Positions 62,617-64,000 of a stretch of DNA of 64,000 bases are shown here, piece by piece. A model generated the notes under the pieces. The model saw only the letters and a list, made by a program, of their open reading frames with translations. It was not told where the DNA came from and made no database searches. Numbering within the stretch: the stretch's first letter is position 1; each line of letters begins with the position of its first letter. Both the position numbers and the translations under genes were made by a program. The stretch is from Rubrivivax sp. (GTDB taxonomy: Bacteria > Pseudomonadota > Gammaproteobacteria > Burkholderiales > Burkholderiaceae_C): positions 80,557 through 144,556 of the forward strand of contig JAHBZS010000008.1 in assembly GCA_019635285.1 (NCBI GenBank), read 5' to 3'.

Positions 62617-63129
62617 TCAGCGCAGCTCGCGGTAGAAGAAGGTGGTGGCGCACAGCCCGCCTTGCGGCAGCAGCGCGTAGCCCGGCACCGTGCCGCAGCG
62701 CTGCCAGCCGCCGCGCGCGTACAGCCGCTCGGCCTCGGCGCTGGCGGTGTCCAGCACCAGCAAGGTCCTGCCACATTCGCGCCCCAGCTGCTCGGCGGCG
62801 GCCAGCAGCGCCGCCCCGACGCCACGGCCGCGCGCGCGCCGGTGCACCAGCATCTTCGCCAGGTCGGCGCGGTGCGGCTGGTTCTCGGGCTGGTCCAGCA
62901 CCAGTTGCACGGTGCCCACCAGGCCGCGCTCGTCTTCGGCGACGAGCAGCGCGCGCGCGCCGCGCGCTACGTCCTGCGCCACCTGCTGCCAGAAGGCGCG
63001 CGCCTTGGCCGGCGACAGCGGGTGCATGAAGCTCACCGACGCGCCGCCTTCGACGCAGTCGATGAGCACGGCCAAGAGCCTGTCGATCTCGGTGTCACTG
63101 GGTTGGGTCAGTCGGCGGATGGGCAGCAT
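62617..63129 (-). CDS. GNAT N-acetyltransferase (TTR-like)
   Basis: DCVEGGASVSFM, GTVQL..PENQPHRADLAKMLVHRRARGRG, LLVLDT. ATG at 63129. Confidence 0.85.
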   Translation of the reverse strand: MLPIRRLTQPSDTEIDRLLAVLIDCVEGGASVSFMHPLSPAKARAFWQQVAQDVARGARALLVAEDERGLVGTVQLVLDQPENQPHRADLAKMLVHRRARGRGVGAALLAAAEQLGRECGRTLLVLDTASAEAERLYARGGWQRCGTVPGYALLPQGGLCATTFFYRELR

Positions 63130-63130
63130 G

Positions 63131-63730
63131 TCATCTCCAGGGGCCGGCCTCGCGGTACAGCACCACGGCATAACGCGCGGGCTCGGGCGTGGGGTTGTGG
63201 TACGTGATCGGCCGGTCCAGCACCATCGCCAGGCAGTCGCCCGTCTCCAGGCGGTGGTGCTCCGGCCCCAAGCTGAGTTCGATGCAGCCTTGCAGCACCC
63301 ACACCTGCTGCCACTGGCGCGGCTGCCGCGGGCCGGTGTCGTAGGCCACGCGCGCGCCGGCCGGGAACTCCACTTCGACGATGTGCAGCGGCGAGTCGGC
63401 CCCGCCGGGCGAGACGTTGCGGCGCAGGTAGCCGGAGGCCGGGTCGCGCCACTGCAACTGGTCGGCGCGGCGCGACAGCGGGCTGGCGCTGCCGCTGGGC
63501 GGGTCGAACAGCGAGGCCAGCGACACGTTCAGACCGACCGCCAGCTTCTCCAGCAACACCGCCGTCGGGCTGCTGCGGCCACGCTCGATCAGCGAGATCA
63601 TCGAACGGCTGACGCCGCAGCGGCTGGCCAGTTCGTCCAGCGACAGGCCCAGGCCGGCGCGCAGCTCCCGCACGCGGCCGGCGATGCGCTCGGTCAACGG
63701 GGATGTAGGGGGCGATCCGTCTTCTTCCAT
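63131..63730 (-). CDS. XRE-family HTH regulator with cupin sensor domain
   Basis: LSLDELASRCGVSRSMISLIERGRSSPT; C-terminal cupin (WVLQG..LETGDCL). Confidence 0.9.
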   Translation of the reverse strand: MEEDGSPPTSPLTERIAGRVRELRAGLGLSLDELASRCGVSRSMISLIERGRSSPTAVLLEKLAVGLNVSLASLFDPPSGSASPLSRRADQLQWRDPASGYLRRNVSPGGADSPLHIVEVEFPAGARVAYDTGPRQPRQWQQVWVLQGCIELSLGPEHHRLETGDCLAMVLDRPITYHNPTPEPARYAVVLYREAGPWR

Positions 63731-63779
63731 GATGGAGTATTGTTCTACGATATTGGAGGAAGCGGCTGCGCCCGCCTCG

Positions 63780-63806
63780 ACGGTAGCGCTGCCATGTGAC
63801 TACAAT
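63780..63806 (+). promoter_or_regulatory. LacI-type operator plus -10 hexamer
   Basis: ACGGTAGCGCTGCCAT (63780-63795) is an imperfect palindrome with a central AGCGCT. TACAAT at 63801-63806 lies 6 nt before ATG 63813. Confidence 0.55.
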
Positions 63807-63812
63807 GCAACG

Positions 63813-64000
63813 ATGGCCGGTGGTGATGCCCAACCCGTAAGGCGCAGCCGCCGAGGCAGCGGTGCCGTGACGCTGCACGACGTGGCCAAGCTGGCCGGCG
63901 TCGCGCCGATCACCGCGTCGCGCGCGCTGAACACGCCGCAGCAGGTTTCGGCCGAGGTGCTGCGCAAGGTCAGCGAGGCGGTCACCCGCACCGGCTACGT
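63813..64000 (+). CDS. LacI-family regulator (GntR-like; runs off the window end)
   Basis: VTLHDVAKLAGVAPITASRALN..VS..TGY HTH, read manually because it is absent from the ORF track. Confidence 0.88.
   Translation, partial: MAGGDAQPVRRSRRGSGAVTLHDVAKLAGVAPITASRALNTPQQVSAEVLRKVSEAVTRTGY

Overview
A 64-kb stretch of a very GC-rich (roughly 70%, by eye) bacterial chromosome. The gene repertoire suggests a Burkholderiales betaproteobacterium (inference). It holds about 52 protein genes, mostly transport and metabolism: a tandem-glycine-riboswitch-controlled gcvT-gcvH-gcvP-sdaA operon extended by an atypical FMN hydroxy-acid oxidase, eptA, TAXI-TRAP and two DctQM-type TRAP systems, a peptide/nickel ABC transporter, acyl-CoA enzymes, a USP-hemerythrin fusion behind a class II FNR-type promoter, a vapBC-type TA pair sitting directly on parC, dmeF, a three-gene 2-oxoacid oxidoreductase (korC-A-B-like), a sphingosine-1-phosphate-lyase-like enzyme, and an ACAD-TetR-HD operon. 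I found no rRNA, tRNA, CRISPR array, transposase or integrase. The most unusual signal is non-coding. In the 1327-1852 intergenic gap are two inverted copies of a ~135-nt rod-shaped element. Much of their stem sequence differs while pairing is kept, whereas two single-stranded segments and a flanking tail are conserved. This is the pattern expected of a structured RNA family, and I could not assign it to a known one. Start codons were adjusted by eye from the ORF track, and all family calls rest on motif recognition without database searches.
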